From the NCBI GenBank assembly GCA_043228905.1, contig JBHGNT010000001.1, positions 13,578,001 through 13,642,000 on the forward strand: DNA of 64,000 bases. The letters run 5' to 3'. Positions 48,901 to 60,639 of the stretch are shown here, piece after piece. Under the pieces are notes generated by a model that had not been told where the DNA came from, searched no databases, and worked only from the letters and a program-made list of their open reading frames with translations. Made by a program: the position numbers and the translations under genes. This DNA is from Azolla caroliniana. Taxonomy: Eukaryota; Plantae; Polypodiophyta. Position 1 is the first letter of the stretch, and every line of letters starts with the position of its first letter.

Positions 48901-50443
48901 ATGAACATAACTTGTACCCCAGGTGATCGAATGGTGAGCGTTGTGGAGCACATGTGTGTGGGCTACTACGACACAATTTCTAAGAAGAAGGCTCGAGCAC
49001 ATGTTAATGAGCGGAACGTTGTCGTAGTGTATTTCGTACACTACGTGAAAAACGTATAAAATAACCGATTCAATAAATATGAAGAAAATGTTAAAATATG
49101 TCATACATGCATAGGGCAAGATTCAAACCTTGTACCTCCATGTACATAATGTGAAGCTTTACCATTACACTAACATATCATTAGTGTTAAAAAAGTAGAT
49201 GTCCCACATAGAAAGTTAAGTGCACACTAGGATAAACTTTAGTTAGAAGAAAACACATGATAAAAGAAAAAGCTACACATGCACATCTAGCGTGCATGAA
49301 CACTATAGTCAATAAAAACGCATCAAGTTAGAAAAAACATGATTACTTCAGAAAAAGTATGTTAGATAAAGCATATAGTCTATTGATAGAAAAAACATGG
49401 ATTGCTAAGACTCTTTCATCATTATATAAGGATGGGGAGCACAATGTAATAGGGGGGGTGAAATATTTGGAAATTGGATATATTTTCTAAAAGACACCAA
49501 TTAATAAAATATATTCGTGAGATTCACGAGATTTCTATATCCTTCTCTTTCAATCTAAATTCATATTCTTACATAAATATTGATTAATATAATACTTGTG
49601 GAATTCACAAGGTTTGATCTCTTTTCTCAATCTACTCTAATCTATTCTAAACTATTTCAATTTATTACTACGATTAAGATAAACTAAAACAACTATACTT
49701 GTGGGATTTGCAAGTTTCTATCTCTCGTTTATATAATCTATTCATAATTAGACTCGTCTCAAATTCTTCTTCCTCCTAGTCCAAAACCCCAGTGGTTCCC
49801 ACCCGACTCACACAACGATCTGGCGTCGAAAGGCATGACAACGTTGTCAACTATATCATGTGCCCAGCTGTAACGAGGAAATTGCGCCATGTGTCTGGCG
49901 ATAAGAGTTTAGTAAACCCTTATCAAAAGCCCCAACGATTGATTAATCGATTGGTCGAGTTGTTCTCGAACCCTGATGATTGGGTTCTTGACTTATTTTC
50001 TGGAACATGTAATCTCATAAGTTTCATCAAATTTTTTTTAAATGAAATATTATTTCTTGTCCTGTTTTCTTACGTTTGAATGTGTGATTGTTTTAGGAAC
50101 ACCGACTGCATGTGCTCTTAAACTGTTTAGGAACTGCGTCGCATTAGAAAAGGACCCCGACCAAGTCAATTTTATTAAGATGAGGATCCAAGGCATCTGG
50201 GATTGTCCCGACCAAGACCAAGAGGTTGGGGCAAAGCATATCAATGAAACATAGATGTTTTAAATGGTCTCCAGAGAGCCGATGGAACCTGTAGACGAGG
50301 AACGAGGTGACCTTGTCGACTTTGAAGATGCACCGGGTTCTGATCATATACAAGATTCAACTGAGGAGACAGAACATGTCGATGCAACACCATTGTCAAC
50401 TGATCTTGGAGAGCAGCCTGTTCTAGACCTCCTAATGGAGTGA
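45920..50443 (+). pseudogene. Spliced ParB/Srx-like domain + beta-class N4C/N6A DNA methyltransferase fusion gene
   Basis: Exons 45920-46017, 46403-48032, 48121-48259, 48335-48801, 48894-49023, ~49780/49849-50008 and 50097-50443 with frame-preserving GT-AG introns (the 49024 gap may instead be an insertion). ParB-like YYVIGGPHSVEARRQL / EEAKLLAWDHN..KMSCIE. MTase VVDIPYG, W-VK-N..E, NPYQKPQRLI..FS.PDDWVLDLFSGT, RNCVALEKD. Several stops and two frameshifts. Confidence 0.8.
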
Positions 50444-51467
50444 TTGTATATTAGTTTGAATTTGTAACTATAAAGTTGTAACACTAAACTTGTTTTGGAA
50501 TATAAGATTATTTTGTTTGAGTACCATTTCTTTACACTATCTGATTGGTTTGCAAACTTCAATTATCTATCATATATTTGTATTGGATGACTCGCAAAGT
50601 GTGTGGTTGTTAAGTATAATTTTTATTGAATAGATGATGATGAACTTATCGATTGCATGACAAATGTTTGGTTATAATTGTTTCTTTATTAATATATTAA
50701 TTGAATTTAGCTTTGTTCTAGGATTTCTGAGCTCTTTAATCTTGGTTATTTAGTTTCGAGTGTACAGAATAATATTAAGTCAACGTTGTTGCTCACTTGA
50801 TCTTACATTTAGGTTTTTCATATATGATTGGGATGTAATGTTCGTAGAAGTTTTTGGGCATGTGAGGTATATAATTTGATATTCACTTGTGAATATGTGT
50901 CTAATTATACCCAAAAATGCAATTTTCTCATTTAATATAACAAGCTTTATAGGAGTTAAAGAGAAATATGGCATTAAAATTGTGTTTCTAAAATTGTTCA
51001 ATTGGATTCAAATTCAACATTATGTAAAATGAACCATATTGCAATGATAGTTGAAAGCATTCTCGTAATCCAAGCGAATGTCTGGCTAAATATGTGTATG
51101 AATTGAGAAAATATAGGTTAAATTTGAAATTTTCATAATATTAACTATGTTTTTTATTGATGTTTTAAAAAGTCATGTGCGCATGCGTGATACATTCTTG
51201 AAAGTTTGTTAAAAAGTTGTAATTCTTGACATCTCATGTATTTATCAATAAAGAAATGTGACATATTACCTGTTCTAAATGACTTGGTGTTAGAGGGAGA
51301 GGGAGCCTGCATAGTGGACCTCCTCCTTGCTATTATATACATGTCAAATTTGGAGAAGGATAGGGATGGGGGGCATGCCAAGGGGTGAGAGTTATGATGA
51401 GGAGAAGAAGAGTAGAAGTGGTAGTGGTGTTTTTTGGGTTTCTTCACACCTCTAAAGCTTTTTTGTC

Positions 51468-51608
51468 CCAAACCGGTTTAGCCTAAACCGGTTTAGGGAT
51501 CGATTTGGTTTGGTTTGGTATAGGTTTGAGAACCCCAAAATGGTTTAGGCTTAACTGGTTTGGCTTGGATAAGGCCAAACCGGCTAAGCCTAAATCGAAC
51601 CGTTGCCG
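51468..51608. repeat. MITE-like / DNA-transposon subterminal AAACCG/CGGTTT repeat cluster
   Basis: Dense AAACCGGTTT, GGTTTGG and AAACCG motifs; no clear TSD. Confidence 0.45.
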
Positions 51609-53008
51609 ATTCTTAATAAAGATGATAGAGGGTTGAAGATAGACCTATAATACACTTGTTCTAATATAGTAGCCTTAGACCTGTGGAAATATTCTTTCCT
51701 AATGTTCACATTGACAATATGCCTTGCACAACCAACATAAAAAAAATCATCCATGCAATAATTTCTTGTAACATTCGGATGTATAGGAAAACGATAGATA
51801 TTATGACGGGATCTTAGGACATGTCTGATATGATGACCACATATATAAATTGTTATGATTTCACAGTTAACACCGTCATTTTGTCTCACATTTACATGAA
51901 ACACAATGCTTTGATAAATTGCTCCGTTGTCGTACAGTTCGTGCCCGAAGCGTCGAATCGCCGAGGTTTTGCACAAGGAGAGTTCGTGACAAAAAGCAAG
52001 AGAGACGAGCATAGATAGGTTATAGAGATAGTGTATGATTCAAGAAACAAGAGAATATGATAAGAACAAGCTTTATTATATTGAAAACACAAGTCTATTT
52101 TACCAAAGTAACAATGCTCGATCACAAAGATGATACTTGTTGTTAAACTCCAATTCTAACCCTTGACTTCTCAATTTTCAAAGATGAAAGACTTCATTGG
52201 TAGGATATCTTGATTATTTTGATGATTCACTGATTCTCTAATCGATGCCTATATGCTTCCCTTCCCCCTCTTTATATTGGTGCTCACGAGTCACATGCAT
52301 ATGATATATGTGAGGGTGCATGACATGCATGTGATGCATGTGATGTATGTCACTCCTGGGCTAGACTTAGCCGCTAACACAAGGTATCCCTTTCTGGAAT
52401 ACTTATCCAAAGGGTGGCCGGAGATATGGATTGGGACTCTCGCTTAGATACTTATCAATATCTGGTTCCTTTCCAGAACACATATAACATATCCGACACT
52501 CAATTACACACGTAAGATAATGAATTATAGCACGGGCGACAAGTACACAAGATGGATAACAAGCGAGACAATATTTATCTATAATATATTATTAATATTC
52601 GGCTTATCCCTTTCCAGTTCACACCTCCACCTCCGGATCATACTTCTCATAGGCCAACACATGGAATGCCCTTGGGACAATGCATTGCACGTCAAACCCA
52701 TGGGTCAACTCCCTCACTCCTCGTCGAGTATGTCCGATATGCTTTGGTCCAACGATTCAAGCCACTCTTCTTCACTCCCCGTCTACTGCATCTTTGGCTA
52801 CAACTACTTCACTTGTGACTCTGGCCAAGGCTTAGCTCTCGTTGTCTCTATCTATTCCTCTTGTAACTTTGGTTGTTCCATCCTCTGAGTCTTTGGTTCT
52901 AGATCCAATTGTTGCTGTGTCGAGGTCTTCGGCTCTGCTTGTCAGTCTTAATCACTAAGATTTGTTTGTTCTGTTCTTTCCTCTGCTTCCTTCTACCGTC
53001 ACTCCTAC

Positions 53009-53791
53009 TCATGGCCCTCCAACTTGCAGTGTCACATGCAGTGGATCATCTTCAAATCCCTCGAACAACCTCCGGACGACATCTATCTGGGCATCGGCCA
53101 GTGCATAGAAGTCCTCTGACAACTCCTCCAGAATGGTGATGATACTCTCTTCGTCCATCTTGTAGAAGTTGTCGCCAGCTTTCTTCCGGTTTTCGGCATC
53201 TATCCGGAGAACTTGGAGCTTAGCCGCCTGCTTTGACCACTGATTCCAGACCGCCACGGAACAATCGTCTATTTTCGTTTTCATTCGGTCCCTCCAAACT
53301 CCGACAATCATCCAAATATGTTTGATGCCCATTTTGACCTGGTCCTCCGTGGCCTCTTTTTCCTTCTTCAAGTGCTTGATTAGTGTTGCCGCTACTGTTG
53401 CTTGCACTTCATAATCCATGATCCGGGTTTGGTAGGTTTTCTACACCTTATCCAATACAACCTTCGATCGTTCAACCACTTGATTATGTTCCAACAACAA
53501 CTCCATCCTTTCTTTCGCCGCTTCCTCCAACAACTTCATCGTTGTTTTCGTCAGCAGTCGTTCATGTGCTATCAACGCCCCCGATTTCTCTTTTACCTAT
53601 GCCCGGGTCTCTTTAAGTTTTTCTCGTTGCCAGTCATATTCTTTCTCGAGCTCCTTGTGCTCCCGATACAGCTTGTCAAAGTTCTCTGATTTTTCTTTTA
53701 GTCGTCGGTTGGCTTGTGCCCACAACTGATTGTCCCGATCTTTTTGTTGTCGGAGTTCCTCCTGGAGCCGCTCGATCTCTATTTCTGCCAT
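53009..53791 (-). pseudogene. Unknown coiled-coil protein, single frame with 2 internal stops
   Basis: The 53597-53791 and 53009-53419 ORFs share a frame; homologous to 60650-61100. Confidence 0.65.
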
Positions 53792-53861
53792 TCATCGACC
53801 CCATCGTGATTGTGAAAACTATGTTACTCCTGGGCTGGACTTGGCCGCTAGGTGGCCGCTA

Positions 53862-54992
53862 ACACAAGGTATCCCTTCCGGAATACGTATCGAAAGGGTG
53901 GTCGGAGATATGGATTAGGATTCTCACTCAGACACTTATCGATATCCGGTTCCTTTCCAGAACACTTACAACATATCCAACACTCAATTACATGCATAAG
54001 ATAATGAATTATAGCATGGACGACAAGTACACAAGATGGATAACAAGCGAGACACAAGGTATCCCTTCCAGAATACGTATCGAAAGGGTGGTCGGAGATA
54101 TGGATTAGGATTCTCACTCAGACCCTTATCGATATCCAGTTCCTTTCCAGAACCAACACTCAATTACATGCATAAGATAATGAATTATAGCATGGACGAC
54201 AAGTACACAAGATGGGATAACAAGCGAGACACAAGGTATCCCTTCCAGAATACGTATCGAAAGGGTGGTCAGAGATATGGATTAGGATTCTCACTCAGAC
54301 ACTTATCGATATCCGGTTCCTTTCCAGAACACTTACAACGTATCCAACACTCAATTACATGCATAAGATAATGAATTATAGCATGGACGACAAGTACACA
54401 AGATGGATAACAAGCGAGACACAAGGTATCCCTTCCGGAATACGTATCGAAAGGGTGGTCGGAGATATGGATTAGGATTCTCACTCAGACACTTATCGAT
54501 ATCCGGTTCCTTTCCAGAACACTTACAACGTATCCAACACTCAATTACATGCATAAGATAATGAATTATAGCATGGACGACAAGTACACAAGATGGGATA
54601 ACAAGCGAGACACAAGGTATCCCTTCCGGAATACGTATCAAAAGGGTGGTCGGAGATATGGATTAGGATTCTCACTCAAACACTTATCGATATCCGGTTC
54701 CTTTCCAGAACACTTACAACGTATCCAACACTCAATTACATGCATAAGATAATGAATTATAGCATGGACGACAAGTACACAAGATGGGATAACAAGCGAG
54801 ACACAAGGTATCCCTTCCGGAATACGTATCAAAAGGGTGGTCGGAGATATGGATTAGGATTCTCACTCAAACACTTATCGATATCCGGTTCCTTTCCAGA
54901 ACACTTACAACGTATCCAACACTCAATTACACGCATAAGATAATGAATTATAGCATGGACGACAAGTACACAAGATGGATAACAAGCGAGAC
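53862..54992. repeat. 6 tandem copies of a ~190-bp unit inside the LTR
   Basis: ACACAAGGTATCCC recurs at 53862, 54052, 54229, 54419, 54610 and 54801 (one 177-bp unit). The sister LTR has a single copy. Confidence 0.95.
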
Positions 54993-56350
54993 AATAATAT
55001 AGACAATTACAAATTCAATTTGCATTACTTCCGTATAAGATACATCAATCCGGATCCTTTATATAAGCCTCTAGTAAGTAGTACAAAACAATGCCTCATC
55101 CGGCTACAGATTACAAAACGGTGTGGATCTGGATTGGTACAACTATCTAGATCTGTCATTTCCTTAATACTATTTATCTATAATATATTATTAATATTCG
55201 GCTTATCCCTTTCCAGTTCACACCACTACCTTTGGATCATACTCATAGGCTAACAATGTATGATAGCCATTTGGCGCACATGCGCTACATGTGATGCATG
55301 CTGGCCATTCTTGAGTTCCCATGTATGAAAATAGACATAAGACATAAGTATAATGATAAGAATATAACAATATGGCATAGTTTAATCCTAATGGTTTATG
55401 CCCTATACTTGATGCATAAAGGTTATCGGTTTAAGCCTCACAAATGTCACTTAATATAAATAATATTTGAGTTTGTTTTTATATCGTGAAGCAATTGCTT
55501 CACGACAATGTCGAGTCCCTTTACCAAATCTTATTGGGTCACCCTCGCGATGATAATCATACTTTGTGGCGTATTTCCCTTCAAGAATATCTTTCGGCAA
55601 CCATGTTGTATGCTTTATTTGAATTTCGACAAGAATATCATGTGTCTTACATGCTTCTACCTGTCATTGCCACATATTTTCTTAGAATTGTGCCCAACCT
55701 GTACATTTGTGTAGGCTTTTGTATTAATTGGCAATTGCACATCAATGGTAGCTTTTACATATGAATTTGATATTCAATAATTGTGAATATCCATGAGCCA
55801 ATGTTTCTTTAACTCGTTGAGAGTTCGTTTGAGTCCAAGATGGGCTAACTCAACATGTACTGGCATAATTATTTGTATCCATGATTAGATTTATAGTACT
55901 ATTTAATGTGGCAGAGACTTCAGGTAAATAAGAACATCACTATTTAGAACAACTTAAAACTGACATGATAGCAATTTTGAAAAGTTTGGTGCTCCAAGTT
56001 TTTCAATTTTTGCTATGCACTTGAATATTAGATTTTTTGTAAGCTCAGATGCAGGTAGCTGGAATTGTTTGGTGGGGTTAGGAAAAATATGGGTTGTCTC
56101 AGAAAGTGTGGCCCAAGTTAGCAAAAAAATATGGACGAGGCTAGAAAAGAAGATCTGAATGTTTGCCGGGGGTAGAAAAGGTTAAGCCTTAATTAAAAAT
56201 AGGAGGGTTACTTACGATTTGGGGTGGCGGTTTAAGTAGACCAAGGATCCGACGGTGTAGATTAAATTCACCATGCGATTGATTGTCGAAGCCATTATTA
56301 TTCCCTTCCCTACACCGTCCTCCGTTGCCGAGATTACCTCCCCTCCCTTC

Positions 56351-56377
56351 AACCCTAAACCCTAACTAAACCCTAAT
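56351..56377 (+). promoter_or_regulatory. Telo-box-like AAACCCTA motifs upstream of the PPR gene
   Basis: AACCCTAAACCCTAACTAAACCCTAA, about 150-330 bp upstream of the candidate starts. Confidence 0.45.
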
Positions 56378-56384
56378 TCAATCA

Positions 56385-56415
<31 letters not shown>

Positions 56416-56701
56416 TGAATGTATTTGGAAGCGCATAAGTCCCCTCTTTCCTTCCTTCCTTCCTTCCTTCTTAAGAGAGACACAGAGAGACAGAGGAAGC
56501 TCTTTCTGAATGCAGGATTTGAACCCATGACCACCACAATCTGCAAAGCTGGCGCCGCTCTCGCACGCCATCGTCAGAGAGGAGGAGGCCTCTGTTCTCT
56601 GCTCCAGCCAGAGCAGCAGCAGCAGCTGGAGCTGGAGATGGAGATGGAGCAAGGTATGTCTCTACAGCTAGCCGCCATCATCATCAGCATCTCTCCAGGG
56701 T

Positions 56702-58781
56702 ATGCCTACACGAGGCGTTTTGACACATGATTCGGGTGCTGCAGAAATAGGGCTCCGGAGAAGCTCCAGGGAACTGTGTGATGAGGAGAGTTCAGGGAGG
56801 CCGTGGCATTGGCAGTGGCAGGCGCTTCCGAGAAGCCCCTTGTGGAAAGGGAGAGGTGGAAGCAAAGAGGCATTGCTGGTGGTAAGAGAGCTGATCAGAC
56901 ATGACAGGGGAGGTGAGACAGCTTGGAAGCTCCATCTCCTCGTCCGATCCAAGGTCTCGCGCCTCTTGAAGCTCGACCTTCTTGCCTCCCTCAATGAACT
57001 CCAACGACTTGACAAGGTGGACCTCGCTCTCATGGTAAAATTAGTAGTCTATATTCCTCCATCATTTTTCTGCAAATTCCTATTATTACATGTGAGATGC
57101 CACATTGAAGAGTCTTATAGATTGCACGTGGATCCCTTTAATCCAAGGGTTAATGATCGCGATTGTGTTTTTCTTTGGTAGTAATTTCCATCTCGGATCT
57201 TTGTCAACTTAACTAGCTCTTTTTCTTTTTTAAGAGATTGGAACTCCTCGGGGGTTGCAAGTGAGCTTGCAATGGGGATGTAATAGGATTGAAAATTTAT
57301 TTTGCCCCTCCCCACCCTATGACAGTGCACAAATCTCTTCAATTCCTATAGAATGAAGTTCATCTTTTTCTTCATGCCGTCAATTTATCATAGTTTCATA
57401 TACGTAGTCATGATTTTGGCTTGTAGTTCGTGTATCGATTTAGTGAATTAAATAATGCTGTGGAACTATGGAACTATGAGGGAAGAGTGTGTCCAGATCT
57501 CATGCCTGGATTAACAAACAAAATAGTCACATAGAGTAGTACGAATTTTGGGAAGGATTTTCAGAATTACATAGAGTAGTATGATTTTTAGAAGCTTCAC
57601 TTGGAAGCCCAAGCGTAAACCAATGGGAAGGTAAATCCATAATTAGTGTTTTTATATCAAATTCAAACATTTTTAATACGATATTCAATAAATACTGAAA
57701 TGTTCCCAATGCTGGGTAAGATTGATGTTGACAATGAATAATAGCACTCCAGCTGTTTGGTTGTGAGTGTTTTTATACTCTTTATCTAAAGTTTCAAATT
57801 TTGTGTCTTGTAGCACTCCAGCTGTTTGGTCAGGCTTTGAAACATGATGTTTGGAAGGTGAATGTGGATCAATGACAGAACAAAATTGACACATGGGAAC
57901 TAGTTCTTTGTATAATTACTGAAAGTTATTTGGCTTAATTGGGTGTCTAAAACCAAGTATCACATTGGTGATTATTGGATAAGGATATGACTAGATTTGT
58001 AATGAAAGATTAAACTCAATATCCTTGGGGGTGGATTTTAACGATACATTTGCTTCGACGGAACCTTGATCATTATATCCATAGATGGATATTGGTATTT
58101 TCCTCTTTTCTCTTGCAGTTTCTCATTGCTGATATCTTCAATCGAGAAGCAGTTTGCTTTAAAAAAATGCACCGTAGTAGTAGATCAGCCATTTTATGAG
58201 GTCTTTTAGGTTTTTCTTCACCTTCATTTCTCAGATATTGCTGCTTGACTGATCTGTTGTGCTTGTTTATTTCTCTCCTGGAGAGAGTCTTGATTATACA
58301 ACAGCTGGGTATGTAAGTTCAATTATCTTTAACAAATTTGATATTGAAACTGCAGATATTTGTTGTTGTGAGAAGGGAGCTTTGGTACAAACCAGAAGTG
58401 TATTTATATAGAGACATGCTGAATTGTTTAGGAAGAAACAAGCGAACAGCACAAGCTCGCATCGTGCTTGATGACGCAAAGAGAGAGGGGATAAATCCCA
58501 GCGCCTCGTTGTGTTCTGAGCTAATGGTTACATATTTAAAACATCGAATGCCCTGTGAGGCAGTTGAAATATTTGAAGAGGTGAAATCAGCTGGTGCATG
58601 TGATAAGTTGATTTATAATATTCTTATCAAGGAGCTCCATCAACTTGGCAAATTGGATCTCTGGTTGAAATATAAGAAAGAGTATAGAAAAACATTTTGG
58701 GGAGAAGAATACGAAGCTTTCAATTACCATGAAAACAATTCCTCCCTTGATAATATGTCAAAATCACAAGATAGCTTATAA
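56702..58781 (+). CDS. Short PPR protein, THA8-like; exons 56702-57034 and 58356-58781
   Basis: SKEALLVVREL..VSRLLKLDLLASLNELQR..|IFVVVRRELWYKPEVYLYRDML resembles the THA8/THA8L family. Phase-0 GT-AG intron 57035-58355. True start codon uncertain. Confidence 0.8.
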
Positions 58782-60639
58782 ACAAATTTGTTTGTTTCTA
58801 GATAGCATCTCATCAAGTCCTTGTGTATGTATATTGGATATAAGTTGTATATGGTTAATATCCCCTACTTTGCAGGTATGCACCCTGATTTGTCCAACAA
58901 TATTATCAGCCTTTTCTGTACTTTTATGAAGTGATATTCTTACACCAATTTATAACTGCTACACTCTTCGCACAGGTTAGTACCCTCGTTTTCTAAATCT
59001 TAACGGCTGTCACATTTGATTCCTTAATGGTGTGCTTCTGTTTATTGTATGTAACTGCTATAGTTCTTACACAATTTCACATCATGGATACAATGATGTC
59101 TTCTTTTACATACCATTTCGATCAGATATTACAGATATCAATAGCTCTTTCATTTGGTTGAGTTGTAGTTTTGTATTGCATGATTACTTTTATGTAATGT
59201 ATTTTTTATACCAACATAGTTTCCACCTATGAACTATTGCTAATTGTTGGGATCATAGTATGAACCATACATACCATATGTGCATTTGCATTTGCGAATG
59301 TTTCAATTATAAATACCATACTTTTGGATTAACTATTTATTATGAGGTAAATAAGCCTAAAAAATGGAATCGAAAACATTAAAAAATGGGGGAAAAAAGA
59401 AAACACAAGAATGTTTGAATAACATTCGCATTCGTTTTCCTATGTTGGAAAACGAATGTTATGCTAAACGAACACGAATTTTACGTACTACGGTTGGGAT
59501 CATGTCTATTGGAAAAGATATGCAAATCGAAGGTGTGGTGAGAAAGTGGTAGGAAGAAAATCCAATGTGGTTTGGTTGAAAAGCTTTAGTTATATGGTCA
59601 CAAATTTAATATTGGAAATATTTGGGTCTAGCCTATATCCTTGCGTTCATTATGAACCTAGCATACTATAAGAATTTAGTTGTGCAGAGCTAATTTTTAG
59701 AATGATTAAATGTCATGAAAAGTGTGCAATGCTCTATATGCAATGTGATTTGAAAATATATTTGAATTTGGGATGTGCACCACTGTCTTGAAAATATGGT
59801 TAAGTGAGTTTGTGTGTCTAAAATATGTGCATTTAGGTTGCTAGATTTGTGTGAGTGAATGTGGACGAGCTTGTGTTTGTGGATTATGTATGTTCATTTT
59901 GCTCAAATCTAGTAATATTTTGGGAATGTAAGGTTGCTTTGTAAAGTGTTGGGTATGAAAGGGGGCATCGGGGTAAATGGGAAGAAAAAAGAGAGTTTGT
60001 TTTATATGTGAACACTACGCTAGAATCTGAGCCCAAGGTTGAGAGCCAACCTCGTCTCTTGTAGATGTCGGTGTAGAGATGTTTGACAAAGGATCAACAA
60101 GTAAGATGTCCTCCATAAAGGATTCCATTTGTGTGCAAGAGCTATGCACAGTAGAACTCTAAGGAGTTCTATAAAGTGGCTTCCCATGAATGAATGCCTT
60201 TGGTGGACCACCTCGACATTCCCACATGATGGTTTATATTGGCCCCACAATTGTTGGGCACATCTCTCTTGCAATAGAAATATATTTATAGACAAAAGGA
60301 GACAAAATGAAGAAATACACTTCTTATTACCAAATAAGTTTAGCCGCATACAAGAGTTGAGATATTAGGGTTTGACGGTCTCGGTTGCCATAGTGTTAGT
60401 GGGGGTATGGGGGTTGCGGTGTTAGATATGTCTTGGAATTATCCGCATGAGTCACTATCAAGGAGTTGGATGTGCTTTGGTTCCTCACCTCTTTCTTGCT
60501 CTTTCTTCGACTACACTCGTTTGGCTTCGTAAGCTTCCAGTTCTAGTGCGAACTCTAGTTGATTGTCCCCGAACTCTTCTAGCATATTTACTAATTCTGT
60601 GGAGAGGAGTTGGGCTAGGGTCCGATAGTCATTCACAAG

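Larger units (their letters stand above)
52348..55255 (-). mobile_element. Non-autonomous LTR element: LTRs 52348-52638 and 53822-55255, internal coiled-coil pseudo-ORF only
   Basis: TG..CA termini; TSD ATGTA (52343-52347, 55256-55260); TATA at about 55060 on the minus strand; no gag/pol motifs. Confidence 0.8.

Noticed and set aside
45920-50443. Bacterial contamination as the source of the MTase
   Set aside because: Multiple frame-preserving spliceosomal introns and contiguity with plant retroelements argue that it is nuclear.
53862-54992. Possible CRISPR-like array
   Set aside because: Whole 190-bp units repeat with no unique spacers, there are no cas genes, and the array lies within an LTR.
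56351-56377. Telomere or interstitial telomeric array
   Set aside because: Only about 3 imperfect units in a promoter position; better read as telo-boxes.
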